This document shows, one piece after another, positions 26,403 through 35,745 of a stretch of 36,203 nt of DNA. The first letter of the stretch is position 1. Every line of letters starts with the position of its first letter. Origin of the DNA: a virus. Its lineage: Duplodnaviria; Caudoviricetes. Position numbers and translations under genes: made by a program. The stretch is from positions 1-36,203 of the IMG/VR virus record IMGVR_UViG_3300032227_000196; one strand, given 5' to 3'. A model generated the notes under the pieces. It had not been told where the DNA came from. It did no database searches and saw nothing but the letters and a program-made list of their open reading frames with translations.

Positions 26403-27113
26403 TTAGAAGTTCCCTGCGAAAATGTTGAACCGCTGGCGGGTGCTGACGATAGCGTATGGGATGCTCATAACATCGTCAGGGTTGTTGATGCGCTTCAAGT
26501 TGCGTTTGGCGGACATAGCAATGCGTTTGACTTGCGGCGATGGCTCGACACCAAACTCGGCGGCAATTTCGCAAGCCAGATTGTACCTGAACGCCCGAAG
26601 ATAACCCGGCGGGAATGACAGCGTAGTCGTCAACGTCGCGGGCTGGGTTAGTTCCTCAACCGAAATGAAATGCCATTCAAGCACTTTGGTAGGCTTGGGG
26701 TAGACATACATGCTGATGTTTGGGTAGTCCATATTGATCCAGATCACCTGCGGGTATGTGCTGGTTACGGTTTTAACCGCGATGCCGTCATACTGCTGCT
26801 GGTTGATGATCTTGATGCCGTAGGAAATGCCCGAAGCAGGGTCGATAAAGTATGTAGCGTCGTCTATCAGAATTGGGCGGTTGCCCACAAAGTCGCCGCT
26901 AGGGCCAAGCGTGCGGCTCAACACATTGGGCGGCCACGAGAACACTTGGTCTTGTGTAGAGAACACCGAAAGACGTTCGGTGTTCCAAGAGTCGATCATT
27001 TGGTTAAGCGCCGACAACGCGTCTTGAGATGTAGCAGCAGACGGCGTTTCGCCTTCGGCAAGTTGGCCGATTAAGCGTAGTGCACCGTTAATCTGCTCGC
27101 CAGCCGTTGTCAT
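26403..27113 (-). CDS. Head-tail adaptor, P22 gp4-like
   Basis: INGALRLIG.LAEGETP...ALNQMIDSW; PPGY.RA.RYNLA.E.A.EFG. Confidence 0.75.
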   Translation of the reverse strand: MTTAGEQINGALRLIGQLAEGETPSAATSQDALSALNQMIDSWNTERLSVFSTQDQVFSWPPNVLSRTLGPSGDFVGNRPILIDDATYFIDPASGISYGIKIINQQQYDGIAVKTVTSTYPQVIWINMDYPNISMYVYPKPTKVLEWHFISVEELTQPATLTTTLSFPPGYLRAFRYNLACEIAAEFGVEPSPQVKRIAMSAKRNLKRINNPDDVMSIPYAIVSTRQRFNIFAGNF

Positions 27114-27121
27114 GCTAATCC

Positions 27122-27301
27122 TTACGAAGATTGCTTGCGACGGCGGCGCGTCTCAAGGTCATTGGATGGCTGATTATCGTTGGGTTCATTGGGTTTGTCA
27201 ACGTCAAAACGAAACCAACCGTTCTTCTCATCGTCATCTGCTTCAGCATCAGAGATAGCAACTTTAGTGCCGTGGTCTGGATGGCGAAGGTAAATGTGCA
27301 T
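27122..27301 (-). CDS. 59-aa hypothetical protein
   Basis: Manual translation MHIYLRHPDHGTKVAISDAEADDDEKNGW...RRRRKQSS; AAGGTG RBS. Confidence 0.7.
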   Translation of the reverse strand: MHIYLRHPDHGTKVAISDAEADDDEKNGWFRFDVDKPNEPNDNQPSNDLETRRRRKQSS

Positions 27302-27313
27302 TTAACACCTTTG

Positions 27314-27343
27314 AAAAATGCCCCGCACCGAAGCGCGGGGCAA
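27314..27343 (-). terminator. Rho-independent terminator after the decoration gene
   Basis: Minus strand GCCCCGCGC-TTCG-GTGCGGGGC followed by ATTTTT. Confidence 0.75.
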
Positions 27344-27354
27344 GTTGGGGAGGA

Positions 27355-27765
27355 TTAGCCGATACGGTAGAGAGACCAAGAACCGTCGCCGGTTTTAACA
27401 GCGCGGAAAGCCTGTGCGGTGCCAGCAGTGGCAACGACAGTCATCAAGCCAACAAGGGTCCAACCCGTGTTGGTAACCAGCGTGATAACGCCAGAGCTGG
27501 AGCCGTTGACGTTAAGAACCGAAAAGTCAAAGCAGCTATTAACCTTAGCCGACGACACGAGAGCTTCCAGATCAGCCACGGTAGGCAGAGTGTAGGAAGC
27601 AGCGGATGTGCCGGGGGAGCCAAGGATAAGACCGTTTGCCAACTGGGCAGCGGTCAGAGTTGCAGTAGCGGTGGCAGTCGCAGGAGTAGCCTGAGTGCGG
27701 ATTTGCACTTCAGCTACGTTGCCGTCACCGAGCTGGTAACCACCAGCGCCATTAGGAAGAGCCAT
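27355..27765 (-). CDS. Putative head decoration/cement protein
   Basis: 136 aa, Ala/Thr-rich, immediately after the coat gene; RBS AGGAG. Confidence 0.6.
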   Translation of the reverse strand: MALPNGAGGYQLGDGNVAEVQIRTQATPATATATATLTAAQLANGLILGSPGTSAASYTLPTVADLEALVSSAKVNSCFDFSVLNVNGSSSGVITLVTNTGWTLVGLMTVVATAGTAQAFRAVKTGDGSWSLYRIG

Positions 27766-27797
27766 GATATTTACTCCTAGAAGGATTGAAAAGGTGA

Positions 27798-27819
27798 GGC
27801 GCGGGTATTACCCCGCGCC
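27798..27819 (-). terminator. Hairpin after the coat gene (weak terminator or mRNA stabiliser)
   Basis: GGCGCGGG/CCCGCGCC stem; T-tract is delayed (TCACCTTTT). Confidence 0.45.
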
Positions 27820-27828
27820 AATTATGGA

Positions 27829-29043
27829 TTAGCCCCAAAGACGAACGGCCATTGGTGCGCGGATCACGGAGTAGCCGTACAGTACGTCAATACGGCAAGG
27901 CATACGGTCATTGTTGATGTCGTACTGGCGAACAATACGCATCGAAATGCCGTTATGAACCTGACGCGAAGCCATATCCACACCCTGTGGCAGCAGAAGA
28001 TCGGCGGTGCCGAGAGTGATAGCGTTCTTCTGGTAGATCAGGTTCTGTGGGTACTGGGTGTTTGCCGCACCGACCACGGTCACAACCGCACCCGAAGCTG
28101 GGAACGCGTTGATGGTGGCCAAAGCGTTTGCTGGGGTGTACATGGCTGGGGAGACGTTGATCGAAGCCCAGTTACCCGACGAGGCTGCAACGGTCGAAGT
28201 CACAACGAACTGCTGCAGCGAACCGGTGGACTGACGGGTCTGTGGGTTGACGGCATAGACGCCAGCAACCGTGAACACGTCACCCTGATTGAAGGTAGCA
28301 GAACCCGTGTCGCCGTTGATGGCGATGGTGGACTGGCCTTCAGTGGTGATGGTTGTCGCAACGGTCAGCGAAGCCGAAGCCGAACGCGTACCGGTGAGAT
28401 GCTGTGCAATCGACTGCGACATATTGATTTCGTCGTAGCCAAGGACGCCCTGACCCATCATGCCGTTTTTGAACTGGCGGCTAATGGTATCAACTGGGTT
28501 GAACAGGCCTTTCATGCCTTCGACCAGACCAGCGTTAGCGGCTGGGTTGACGGTAGCATAGCGGTCGTTCATTGGGACGGCGTATTCGTTCAGCTTCTGC
28601 TGGCCCTGCAACAGAACCAAAGAAGTCGAAGGAACCGAACCGGGGGTGCCGACAGTGGAGTAGATGTTCTTGTAGGCGTTAGCAACGTCGGCGTCCACAG
28701 AAGAGGCCAACTGGCTAACACGAGGCTTCAGAACACGTTCTGCGAAGTCATCCAACTGCATTGTCAATTCGGCAGATGTGAAGTTAACGCCGATATGCTT
28801 CTGAGTGGCGACAGTCAAAGTGGTGAACTGTTCGTTGTCATCCTGCACCTGAAGGGCGGCGCCGTCGGTGACGAGAGCGCGGTCAGGCAAACGGATACGC
28901 AGGGTCGAACCAATCTTAGCACCTTCAACAGCAAAGCTGTCGTCGTACTGACGGTTCACGTTACGGGAGAGCACCAGATTGTTCTCGAGAATTTCGAGGG
29001 CTTTCCGAGTGATCATGTCAATAGTAAGAATTGAGTTAGCCAT
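27829..29043 (-). CDS. Major capsid protein, P22 coat-like
   Basis: MANSILT..MITRKAL.ILENNL, KIGSTLRIRLP, RIDVLYG; follows the scaffold gene. Confidence 0.9.
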   Translation of the reverse strand: MANSILTIDMITRKALEILENNLVLSRNVNRQYDDSFAVEGAKIGSTLRIRLPDRALVTDGAALQVQDDNEQFTTLTVATQKHIGVNFTSAELTMQLDDFAERVLKPRVSQLASSVDADVANAYKNIYSTVGTPGSVPSTSLVLLQGQQKLNEYAVPMNDRYATVNPAANAGLVEGMKGLFNPVDTISRQFKNGMMGQGVLGYDEINMSQSIAQHLTGTRSASASLTVATTITTEGQSTIAINGDTGSATFNQGDVFTVAGVYAVNPQTRQSTGSLQQFVVTSTVAASSGNWASINVSPAMYTPANALATINAFPASGAVVTVVGAANTQYPQNLIYQKNAITLGTADLLLPQGVDMASRQVHNGISMRIVRQYDINNDRMPCRIDVLYGYSVIRAPMAVRLWG

Positions 29044-29069
29044 TTTGGGTCAACCTTCCAAGGTTTGTG

Positions 29070-29834
29070 TTAGCGGAATTTCGACGCCTCTAGCTTCTTA
29101 ATCTGGCGCTGCCGTTCGGCTGCGATCCAATCTGACGTACTCATAGCTTTAACAGAGCGTGGATCAGTCGTATCGTAAGCGGAGGTTCCGCTGCCTCTTG
29201 CAGTAACCGGAGAAATCGGCGAAGGAGCGCTCGAAGATTTCTTTACGGGCGGATCAGAAGCCAATCTAGCTTCAATCTTTCCAATTTCTTTAGCCTGCAA
29301 GATAGGCGGCAAACGAGCAATGCGATCAGCTTCTTTTGGGTTGGAACCAAGGAAGTAAGCTACGTCCGGTCCAGCATCAGAAGTCTGAATTGTCTCTGCC
29401 ATAACGTCCGTGATGCGGAGGTTCGGGTTATACGCGACTTGTTCAAAGTCGTCATACTTGTTCCGAGCATCTTCTTCACGGTCATGATATGCTTCGACAA
29501 ATTCGGTGCGCTGTCTTTGCGCGTCCCTCTTTGCAAGCAGCTCTTCGGCTTTGCGGGTGGCTAACGCTTCTGCGTAGTCATCCACAGAGTTAAACTGATC
29601 GGCGGAGGGCATTGCCGCAGGAGGTCGATTGGCTTCCGCCGCCCGTGCCGCCTGTTCGCGTTCCCATTTACGTTGTTCTCTTGCGAGGCGTTTGCCAATA
29701 GCGGCGTCCAATTCTTCCTGAGTGAAGGTCTTGGATGCTTCTGTTGACTGTTCGTCCGGCGTTGTAACTTCGGGGGCTGGGGCTGCCGTAGCTTCCAGTT
29801 CCGGCGCGGGAGCGTCCGCTAACACATCTTCCAT
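29070..29834 (-). CDS. Scaffolding protein
   Basis: KTFTQEELDAAI.KRLARE coiled coil; MS..DWIAAER C-terminus; precedes the coat gene. Confidence 0.82.
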   Translation of the reverse strand: MEDVLADAPAPELEATAAPAPEVTTPDEQSTEASKTFTQEELDAAIGKRLAREQRKWEREQAARAAEANRPPAAMPSADQFNSVDDYAEALATRKAEELLAKRDAQRQRTEFVEAYHDREEDARNKYDDFEQVAYNPNLRITDVMAETIQTSDAGPDVAYFLGSNPKEADRIARLPPILQAKEIGKIEARLASDPPVKKSSSAPSPISPVTARGSGTSAYDTTDPRSVKAMSTSDWIAAERQRQIKKLEASKFR

Positions 29835-29876
29835 TTTTTGACCCTTTCAAGTCCCTAGCTGTCCGCGCTAGTGCGG

Positions 29877-30050
29877 TTAGACGATTGGCTCCACCAACAG
29901 TTGATCACCACTTTCGGTAGCCAATATAACAAGACTTTCGGTTGCAAGGAATACGCCAATGATTGGCGTAGAAGCCGTTGCGCCCCCTAAAGTAGCTATG
30001 GTCCTAAGACCGATAGCCAATCCATTTCTAATCGAACCCCCGAAGCTCAT
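29877..30050 (-). CDS. 57-aa protein with tandem LATES motifs
   Basis: Manual translation MSFGGSIRNGLAIGLRTIATLGG...FLATESLVILATESGDQLLVEPIV; ATGA coupling. Confidence 0.65.
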   Translation of the reverse strand: MSFGGSIRNGLAIGLRTIATLGGATASTPIIGVFLATESLVILATESGDQLLVEPIV

Positions 30051-30349
30051 CGGATGTTCATTGGTTTGGCGTAAAGGGTGCCCCCAGCACTAATCTGGAT
30101 GGCGCTGACGCGCCAAGCACCACTTACGGTAAGTGGAACGGTGAATGGAACCGGTGTGTTGGCGGGCAGCGGGATAGACGCCGTAGTGGCGGTCGCGCCT
30201 TCGCCAATGGTTACATAGGCGTCGGAGGTGCACCAAATCAGCACGCCCTGCGGTCCAGCAGGCCATGTACCCGTTGAACCGGCAGTGCCAGTGTAGGCCA
30301 CTGTTCTAGCCGGAAATGATGTGTCCGCGCATGTGTCTAAAAGTTCCAT
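30047..30349 (-). CDS. Small virion-associated protein
   Basis: 100 aa, beta-rich, in the head module. Confidence 0.7.
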   Translation of the reverse strand: MELLDTCADTSFPARTVAYTGTAGSTGTWPAGPQGVLIWCTSDAYVTIGEGATATTASIPLPANTPVPFTVPLTVSGAWRVSAIQISAGGTLYAKPMNIR

Positions 30350-30377
30350 GATAAACCTTTTTCATTCAAGGGCTGCA

Positions 30378-30746
30378 TTATGACAGAAAACGCAACTTAT
30401 ACAAGGTCTGAAGATAGAGGGCTACAATTTCGTCAATGATGTTCTGCAACGCGGTGTCTTTGGCGTCAACAACCTCGTCGCGGCAGTCTTCAATTTCGGC
30501 CAACTGATCGGCCAAAAACTCGGTTACGTTGTTGGTTTTTTTGGCCGACTGCAACGAAATCCCGCCAATCAAACCGTGACGCCCTTGATAAGTTTCGGCA
30601 AAAGTATCGGCCAAATCAACAATACCTTCGTAGAATTTCTGGAGGGCTTTGTGTTTTGCATAGCTACGGGTGTTGAGATGCACCGAGTGCGTAACATCGC
30701 GGGCTAAAAACATCATGCCGACAAAATCTGCTGCGTTCTTTGACAT
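30378..30746 (-). CDS. Ferritin/Dps-like four-helix protein (DUF5856-like)
   Basis: HSVHLNTRSYAKHKAL..FYE....AD.FAE.YQG...QNIIDEI. Confidence 0.7.
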   Translation of the reverse strand: MSKNAADFVGMMFLARDVTHSVHLNTRSYAKHKALQKFYEGIVDLADTFAETYQGRHGLIGGISLQSAKKTNNVTEFLADQLAEIEDCRDEVVDAKDTALQNIIDEIVALYLQTLYKLRFLS

Positions 30747-30748
30747 TT

Positions 30749-33010
30749 TTAGCCTCTAATCGGTTCAGATGGATTGGCCTGATACGGCGACCATTGTGGC
30801 ACCAAGACCGACGGGGCGCCGATTTGCGGTGCAATAGGTGGTGCGCCGGGCATACCAGGTACGGGTGGTTGTTCTTCGCCCATAAGCTGTTGACTTGGCA
30901 TTTCGCCCATCAAATCGCCGCTGGTGATCATGCCGTGGACAGTGCCCATAACAATGTCTTGGATTTGCTCTGGCGACATCGACGCTTGCAATGCTTGCAT
31001 ACGCTTGGTCTCGGCGTCGTAAGCCTTGATAGCCGCTTCGAACTCTTTGCGCTCCAAATCCTGCACTTCGACCGATTTGTGGACAGATTGCAGCATGGAG
31101 TGCATTTTGTCCATCTCGGCTTGCATTGCCTGCATCTGCTGTTCGGCGGCCTGCAACTGTGGCGACTTGTCTTCGTCGGAAAGCAGCTTGGGGTCGATGG
31201 TTTTGGCAAACCGCTGCGCCATCTCCTGCGCGCCCGGCCAATCCATGTTCTTAATGAACAGATCACCCGCCACAGCCCAAAGCTGCGGGTTGCCCTGCAA
31301 GAGCTGGGTCATCGCGTCAAGGGCTTCCTGACGCTTGGTCATGTAGCTTGGGCCGGTTGTGACGCAAACATCGTACTTGCCGACGCCGGGGTTGTAGATT
31401 TTGTCAATCACAACGTCTGGGTTGTTAGGGTCTCTCAGTTCACGCATTGGCATTGGCTGCGTTGGGTCGATCTTGACCATGTTGGTCTCGCCGTCCACAC
31501 CAATAATGCGCGCTACCCGCTGGGTATCGTAAATCTTGGGGATCATGTCAACGATCTGGCGTGTTGTATAGCGGATTGCACGGGCCAGATTGTCCACGTA
31601 GTGGTACGTCCCCACGTCACCTTGGCGTTCGCGTGCCAAGATGGCGCGCCCAGACCGCTCATTGGACGTGGCGCCAAGACTAGAGTCATATTGCCCAGTG
31701 GTGGATTTGATGTCGTCAGATGCGCCCATTTTGGCTTGGATAAGCCCTGTTTGGGCCATTGGGGGTGGCGCGCGCTGTGGAAGGGGCAAAACGCCGCCCT
31801 GACCGTCTGTAACATCAGGGTTAACCTCCAGATACGGCCAATTATTGACGTTTGCGGTCTTCCACTGCTGCTCATAGCCCTCAAACTGCCCGCCGTAGCC
31901 AACAAATGGAGCTTTTGGCGCAAGTGCCAGCATCTCGGTTTCAGCCGAAACCCAGTAATTGTACATCCGCTGGGCGTCTTTGGCGTTGCGGATCAGGCCG
32001 GACACAAACAAGCGGCCTTCAACCTCGTATTCGTTGCCGACAACGCGGATAACAGGTATCCATTTGCCCGCCCACTCGTTTTCTTCGAGCATTTCGTAGC
32101 CGTTGGTCTTGCACCACATGACTTTGCGGCGTTGGACGTTACGGGTCTTGAGCGGTTTAAGGCCCATAGCCTTGAATTGCTTATCTTCACGGCTGTTATT
32201 GAACGCCGTCATGTTGTCGGGGTACAGGTTTAGCGTAGCCGGTTCGTAATCGACGTAAAAATACTCCGCGATGCGGACAACATCGTCGTTAAGCCACTGC
32301 GCCAGATTTTCATCGCCCACGCCTTCTTGCTGGATAGACGACATTGGGGCAGCGTCGGGAAACTGACGCTCGTACTCATCTTTTGTAAGGTCTTCCGTAA
32401 TGAAGCACCACTCCGCGTCAGAACCGCATGGGTCTTGTATCGTAGGGTCCATATAAACGCTAAAAGAGTTTCGTATGCGTCCGATACGAATGTCTTGATC
32501 GAAGGTATTATCATCACAATACTCGGTTAGGACGCGAATGTAGCCTTCGCCGTACGTCACTTGGTTTTCGCAGGCTGTATCGTACGCTACGTCAGCGTCG
32601 GAAATGTACTCGATATGGCGCACCATACCTTCGTAGATTTCCGCAACCTTAACGTCGCCTTTGTCATCGGCGGGAATCACTTTGCCGCTTGGCCGGTTCT
32701 GCCGTTGTTCGTTTGTCACCTGATGGACGTGCTGCGGCAGCTTGTTGATGGTCAGGCAGGGACGCGCGTTGATCGTCTGGCCTTGCACCGAGCCGCGGGT
32801 AGCCAGCACGTCGGCGGGCCACTGCCACTGGTTGTCGGGCGAGCCTGCGTAGAACCGCAGATCGTCCAGCTCGTCTTCACGACTTTCAGAATACGCGTCA
32901 ATAGCCATAGTCAGGCGAGCGCGCATTGTCGCCAATACGTCGGCGGGGTCTTTTTTCTTACGACCACCGGCTGAAACAACGCCTGCTGCAGCAACGCCTG
33001 AATAATCCAT
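30749..33010 (-). CDS. Portal protein, P22-like
   Basis: DLRFYAG..QW, RPCLTINKL, GLIRNAKDAQRMYNY, GKYDV.V.TGPSY.TKRQE; coiled-coil C-terminal barrel. Confidence 0.92.
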   Translation of the reverse strand: MDYSGVAAAGVVSAGGRKKKDPADVLATMRARLTMAIDAYSESREDELDDLRFYAGSPDNQWQWPADVLATRGSVQGQTINARPCLTINKLPQHVHQVTNEQRQNRPSGKVIPADDKGDVKVAEIYEGMVRHIEYISDADVAYDTACENQVTYGEGYIRVLTEYCDDNTFDQDIRIGRIRNSFSVYMDPTIQDPCGSDAEWCFITEDLTKDEYERQFPDAAPMSSIQQEGVGDENLAQWLNDDVVRIAEYFYVDYEPATLNLYPDNMTAFNNSREDKQFKAMGLKPLKTRNVQRRKVMWCKTNGYEMLEENEWAGKWIPVIRVVGNEYEVEGRLFVSGLIRNAKDAQRMYNYWVSAETEMLALAPKAPFVGYGGQFEGYEQQWKTANVNNWPYLEVNPDVTDGQGGVLPLPQRAPPPMAQTGLIQAKMGASDDIKSTTGQYDSSLGATSNERSGRAILARERQGDVGTYHYVDNLARAIRYTTRQIVDMIPKIYDTQRVARIIGVDGETNMVKIDPTQPMPMRELRDPNNPDVVIDKIYNPGVGKYDVCVTTGPSYMTKRQEALDAMTQLLQGNPQLWAVAGDLFIKNMDWPGAQEMAQRFAKTIDPKLLSDEDKSPQLQAAEQQMQAMQAEMDKMHSMLQSVHKSVEVQDLERKEFEAAIKAYDAETKRMQALQASMSPEQIQDIVMGTVHGMITSGDLMGEMPSQQLMGEEQPPVPGMPGAPPIAPQIGAPSVLVPQWSPYQANPSEPIRG

Positions 33011-33163
33011 CTATTTCTTCTTTGCAGTTTTAGCGGACTGTTTAAACGCTTTAGCGGTTGGTGCGCCGGGCGTACCCGGCTTTCTCATCTTTTCGCCGGA
33101 CCCTTCCTTAATGCGCTCGCGCTTTGCGTGGATGTTAGCATAAAGCCCGGGTTTGGTAGCCAT
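33011..33163 (-). CDS. 50-aa basic protein
   Basis: Manual translation MATKPGLYANIHAKRERIKEGSGEKMRKPG...KTAKKK; abuts the portal start. Confidence 0.75.
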   Translation of the reverse strand: MATKPGLYANIHAKRERIKEGSGEKMRKPGTPGAPTAKAFKQSAKTAKKK

Positions 33164-33164
33164 G

Positions 33165-33371
33165 TTATTTGCCCTTCAGAATTTTGTTGGCTTTGGCAAC
33201 GATTTTGGCCTTGGACGACGGGCTAAGTTTGCCCGCGTTCACCATCTGCGTTGCGCGGGCTTTGGCATTGGCCGCATGGCTTTTGTCGGGCATGGGATAC
33301 TTGCGCTCGGCAGGCATCCCAAACTCCGACTTGGCTAGTGAATTGCGTGACTTTGAAGTCAGTTTGGCCAT
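33165..33371 (-). CDS. 68-aa basic protein
   Basis: FGMPAERKYPMPDKSHAANAKARATQ; tightly packed in the operon. Confidence 0.75.
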   Translation of the reverse strand: MAKLTSKSRNSLAKSEFGMPAERKYPMPDKSHAANAKARATQMVNAGKLSPSSKAKIVAKANKILKGK

Positions 33372-33380
33372 TTTGGCACC

Positions 33381-33788
33381 TTACTGATTGTGGATCAGGG
33401 CAAAGTTAATGGCAATGGCTTCAGCCAGCGCGCCGCCAGTGATGTTACGCACTGTGATGGTAGCCGCGCCCGCGCTCAACCCGCTAACCCACGCGTTGTA
33501 CGAGCCGGTTGTGCCGCCGTAAACGTTAAGGACCAGCACGTCGTTAGGGCTGATCAGGCTGTTGTTCAGCGTAAACGTGACGTTGGTGGTTGCGCCCAGC
33601 GAGGCGGCGTCCATTGTAATTTTGCCAGCCGACTTGTTCAGCGTCACAGCGGTTGCTTTGCTGGTGGCCTGAGTAACAGACCCTTGCGCGTTGGTGGTGT
33701 AACCGAGCTGTTCATCCGACAGAATGTACTGCGAGCCGATGATGTCTTGGTCGGTATAGGCGACGCCGATTGGTTTGGTGTTTGACAT
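33381..33788 (-). CDS. Virion-associated beta-rich protein
   Basis: MSNTKPIGVAY.D...VTQATSKAT.VTLNK..G.IT; ATG 2 nt after the TerL stop. Confidence 0.72.
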   Translation of the reverse strand: MSNTKPIGVAYTDQDIIGSQYILSDEQLGYTTNAQGSVTQATSKATAVTLNKSAGKITMDAASLGATTNVTFTLNNSLISPNDVLVLNVYGGTTGSYNAWVSGLSAGAATITVRNITGGALAEAIAINFALIHNQ

Positions 33789-33790
33789 GG

Positions 33791-35320
33791 TTACGATCCC
33801 ATCCATGAGTTGGTGACGTTTGACGCAGAGCTAAACGAATAGCTGCGTGGTTTATCGACATATTCGCGGTGTGCGACAGGATAGGCAAAGGTCACGGCCA
33901 GCGCGTCTGCTGCGTCAGGTGATGCCAGTCCTCTTGCCCGCATTTCCTTTTTCCCTTCAAGGAAAATGGTTCCAGATGAGTTTGGCTTCTTGGTCGGCCC
34001 CACAAGGTCCGCTTTCAGTTGCCTGTCTTGCGGGATGGCGGCTGTCTTAAGCCACTCCCGCATCGCGCCCCACATCTCAGCCCGTTTGTTACCCCACATA
34101 ATGGAGTTCTTGGCTTTCCAGCCAAAATTAACACCTCGTACCTTATACCGCTGTTCGTTGAGTCGGTCAAGGACGCCGTAGCCTAGCCCGCCTTCGTCGA
34201 TCACTGTCAGCGTCGGCCTGTACTGCTCGATGGCCTCAATGACGTGCCCGACGGTCGTCATAGTGTCGTCGCCGTTGTAGCGTTTGATTGCCACGATGTC
34301 GCGGCCTTGGCGCACCACAATGACGGTGGAGTCCGCCCCGCCGCGCGCCGGGTCAACGCCGATCACGATGGGCGCCGTCATGTCTTTGTGCTTGTCGCGC
34401 CGCATGGCGTCGTCCACCATGTGCCCCGTGATGAACTGATCGTCGCCCGCGGACGGAAACTCGCCGTACACCTCAACCTTGGCCTGCGACGAGTCCTCGC
34501 CATACTCGGCGATAATCTGTGCGTAGACGTTCTTGTCGGTGTCCTCGACCGTGCGCGAGTCAACCGACATCGTATCCCAGAAGTCGCGCTTGGCGTTGAA
34601 CGTCTCGAAGAAATACCCGTGGTTGCGGCGCGGGTTGGAGAACGCCAGCCAATAGCGGTGCAGCACGTTTTCCGTAAAGAAGCCCGCGCCCACTGACCAG
34701 ATAGGGTCGGGGATACCGCTGGCCTCGTCAAAGATCAGCATCATGCCGTCGTGGTTATGCACACCGGCGTAGCTGTCCGGGTTTTCTTCCGACCACAGTT
34801 TGCCCTCCGCGGCCCAGTAGCGCGTCCCCTTCTTCAAGTCGCGCTCGACCAGCTCGCATACCCATTTGGCAGGCATCAGCTTGGTTGCGCTGATTTCCCA
34901 CCAATGCCCGTTGACGATCATTGCCGCCCACTTGGTCAGCTCACCCCACGTCACCGAACGCAACTGCGCCTCGGAGTTGGCCGACACGATGACGGTCGAG
35001 CCGATTTGCGTGGACAGCATCCACAGCACCAACCAGCTTACCAGTGCCGACTTGCCGATCCCGCGCCCTGACGACACCGCCATGCGCAGCGTCTCCATGT
35101 TGACCTTGCCGTCATTGTCCTTGATGTGCTTGGCGATGCGCCGCAGCACCGTGCGCTGCCATGTGCGCGGGCCTTTGAAGTTGGCTAGTGGCGTATTGGC
35201 TTGACCCCACGGGAACGCAAACAGAACGAACGCTTCAGGGTTGCGCGCTATCTCTGGGGACCAGATTTGCGTCATCAACTGCTGTTCGCCTGCTGGATCG
35301 TAGATCGGCATCTGCGCCAT
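33791..35320 (-). CDS. terL: Terminase large subunit
   Basis: Walker A SGRGIGKS, Walker B LIFDEAS, coupling motif FSNP, nuclease GVDPARGG.D, SPD.ADALA. Confidence 0.95.
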   Translation of the reverse strand: MAQMPIYDPAGEQQLMTQIWSPEIARNPEAFVLFAFPWGQANTPLANFKGPRTWQRTVLRRIAKHIKDNDGKVNMETLRMAVSSGRGIGKSALVSWLVLWMLSTQIGSTVIVSANSEAQLRSVTWGELTKWAAMIVNGHWWEISATKLMPAKWVCELVERDLKKGTRYWAAEGKLWSEENPDSYAGVHNHDGMMLIFDEASGIPDPIWSVGAGFFTENVLHRYWLAFSNPRRNHGYFFETFNAKRDFWDTMSVDSRTVEDTDKNVYAQIIAEYGEDSSQAKVEVYGEFPSAGDDQFITGHMVDDAMRRDKHKDMTAPIVIGVDPARGGADSTVIVVRQGRDIVAIKRYNGDDTMTTVGHVIEAIEQYRPTLTVIDEGGLGYGVLDRLNEQRYKVRGVNFGWKAKNSIMWGNKRAEMWGAMREWLKTAAIPQDRQLKADLVGPTKKPNSSGTIFLEGKKEMRARGLASPDAADALAVTFAYPVAHREYVDKPRSYSFSSASNVTNSWMGS

Positions 35321-35732
35321 AAGTCAGTTCCTGTAAAGGCTCATGTTCAATAGTCTTAACACGGGCGTGTGCGTCTGCCAACGCCTGCGTGATGGAGATG
35401 GACGTGTGGTTGTCCACCGTGATGTGCTGCTTGGCCACCCAGTCAGCGCGGTGCTTGAGATAGTCGAGCGCCACTTTGGCGTCGCCCGCGTCGATAGCAG
35501 TCTGGATAGTGTTGGCGGCAGCGTACTCAGCGTCGGCGTATCCCCAGCCTGCGGCTTCTTCCGCAACAGGGTCCATCTCGCACAGGCGTCGGTATTCAAT
35601 AGGCGACAGTCCGGCAACGCGCGCCAGCGTGTCGCCTTTGAGTCCTTTGCGGGCTGCATTGTAGATGCGCCGCAGTACGTCCTCGCTGGCGCGTATGCTG
35701 CGGACGGACAGGGGTAGACTTTCAAAAGCCAT
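35235..35732 (-). CDS. Putative terminase small subunit
   Basis: Helical/HTH-like protein directly upstream of TerL; ATG 35732 follows CAGGA. Confidence 0.65.
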   Translation of the reverse strand: MAFESLPLSVRSIRASEDVLRRIYNAARKGLKGDTLARVAGLSPIEYRRLCEMDPVAEEAAGWGYADAEYAAANTIQTAIDAGDAKVALDYLKHRADWVAKQHITVDNHTSISITQALADAHARVKTIEHEPLQELTYGADADLRSSRRTAVDDANLVPRDSAQP

Positions 35733-35745
35733 TTGCGGTCCTGTG

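Noticed and set aside
27955-29034. 359-aa + strand ORF opposite the coat gene
   Set aside because: Antisense shadow caused by codon bias
30740-32233. 497-aa ORF overlapping the portal gene
   Set aside because: Its translation begins with + strand sequence (TTG ACA TTT TTA at 30740), so it is an antisense shadow of the portal; composition is not protein-like
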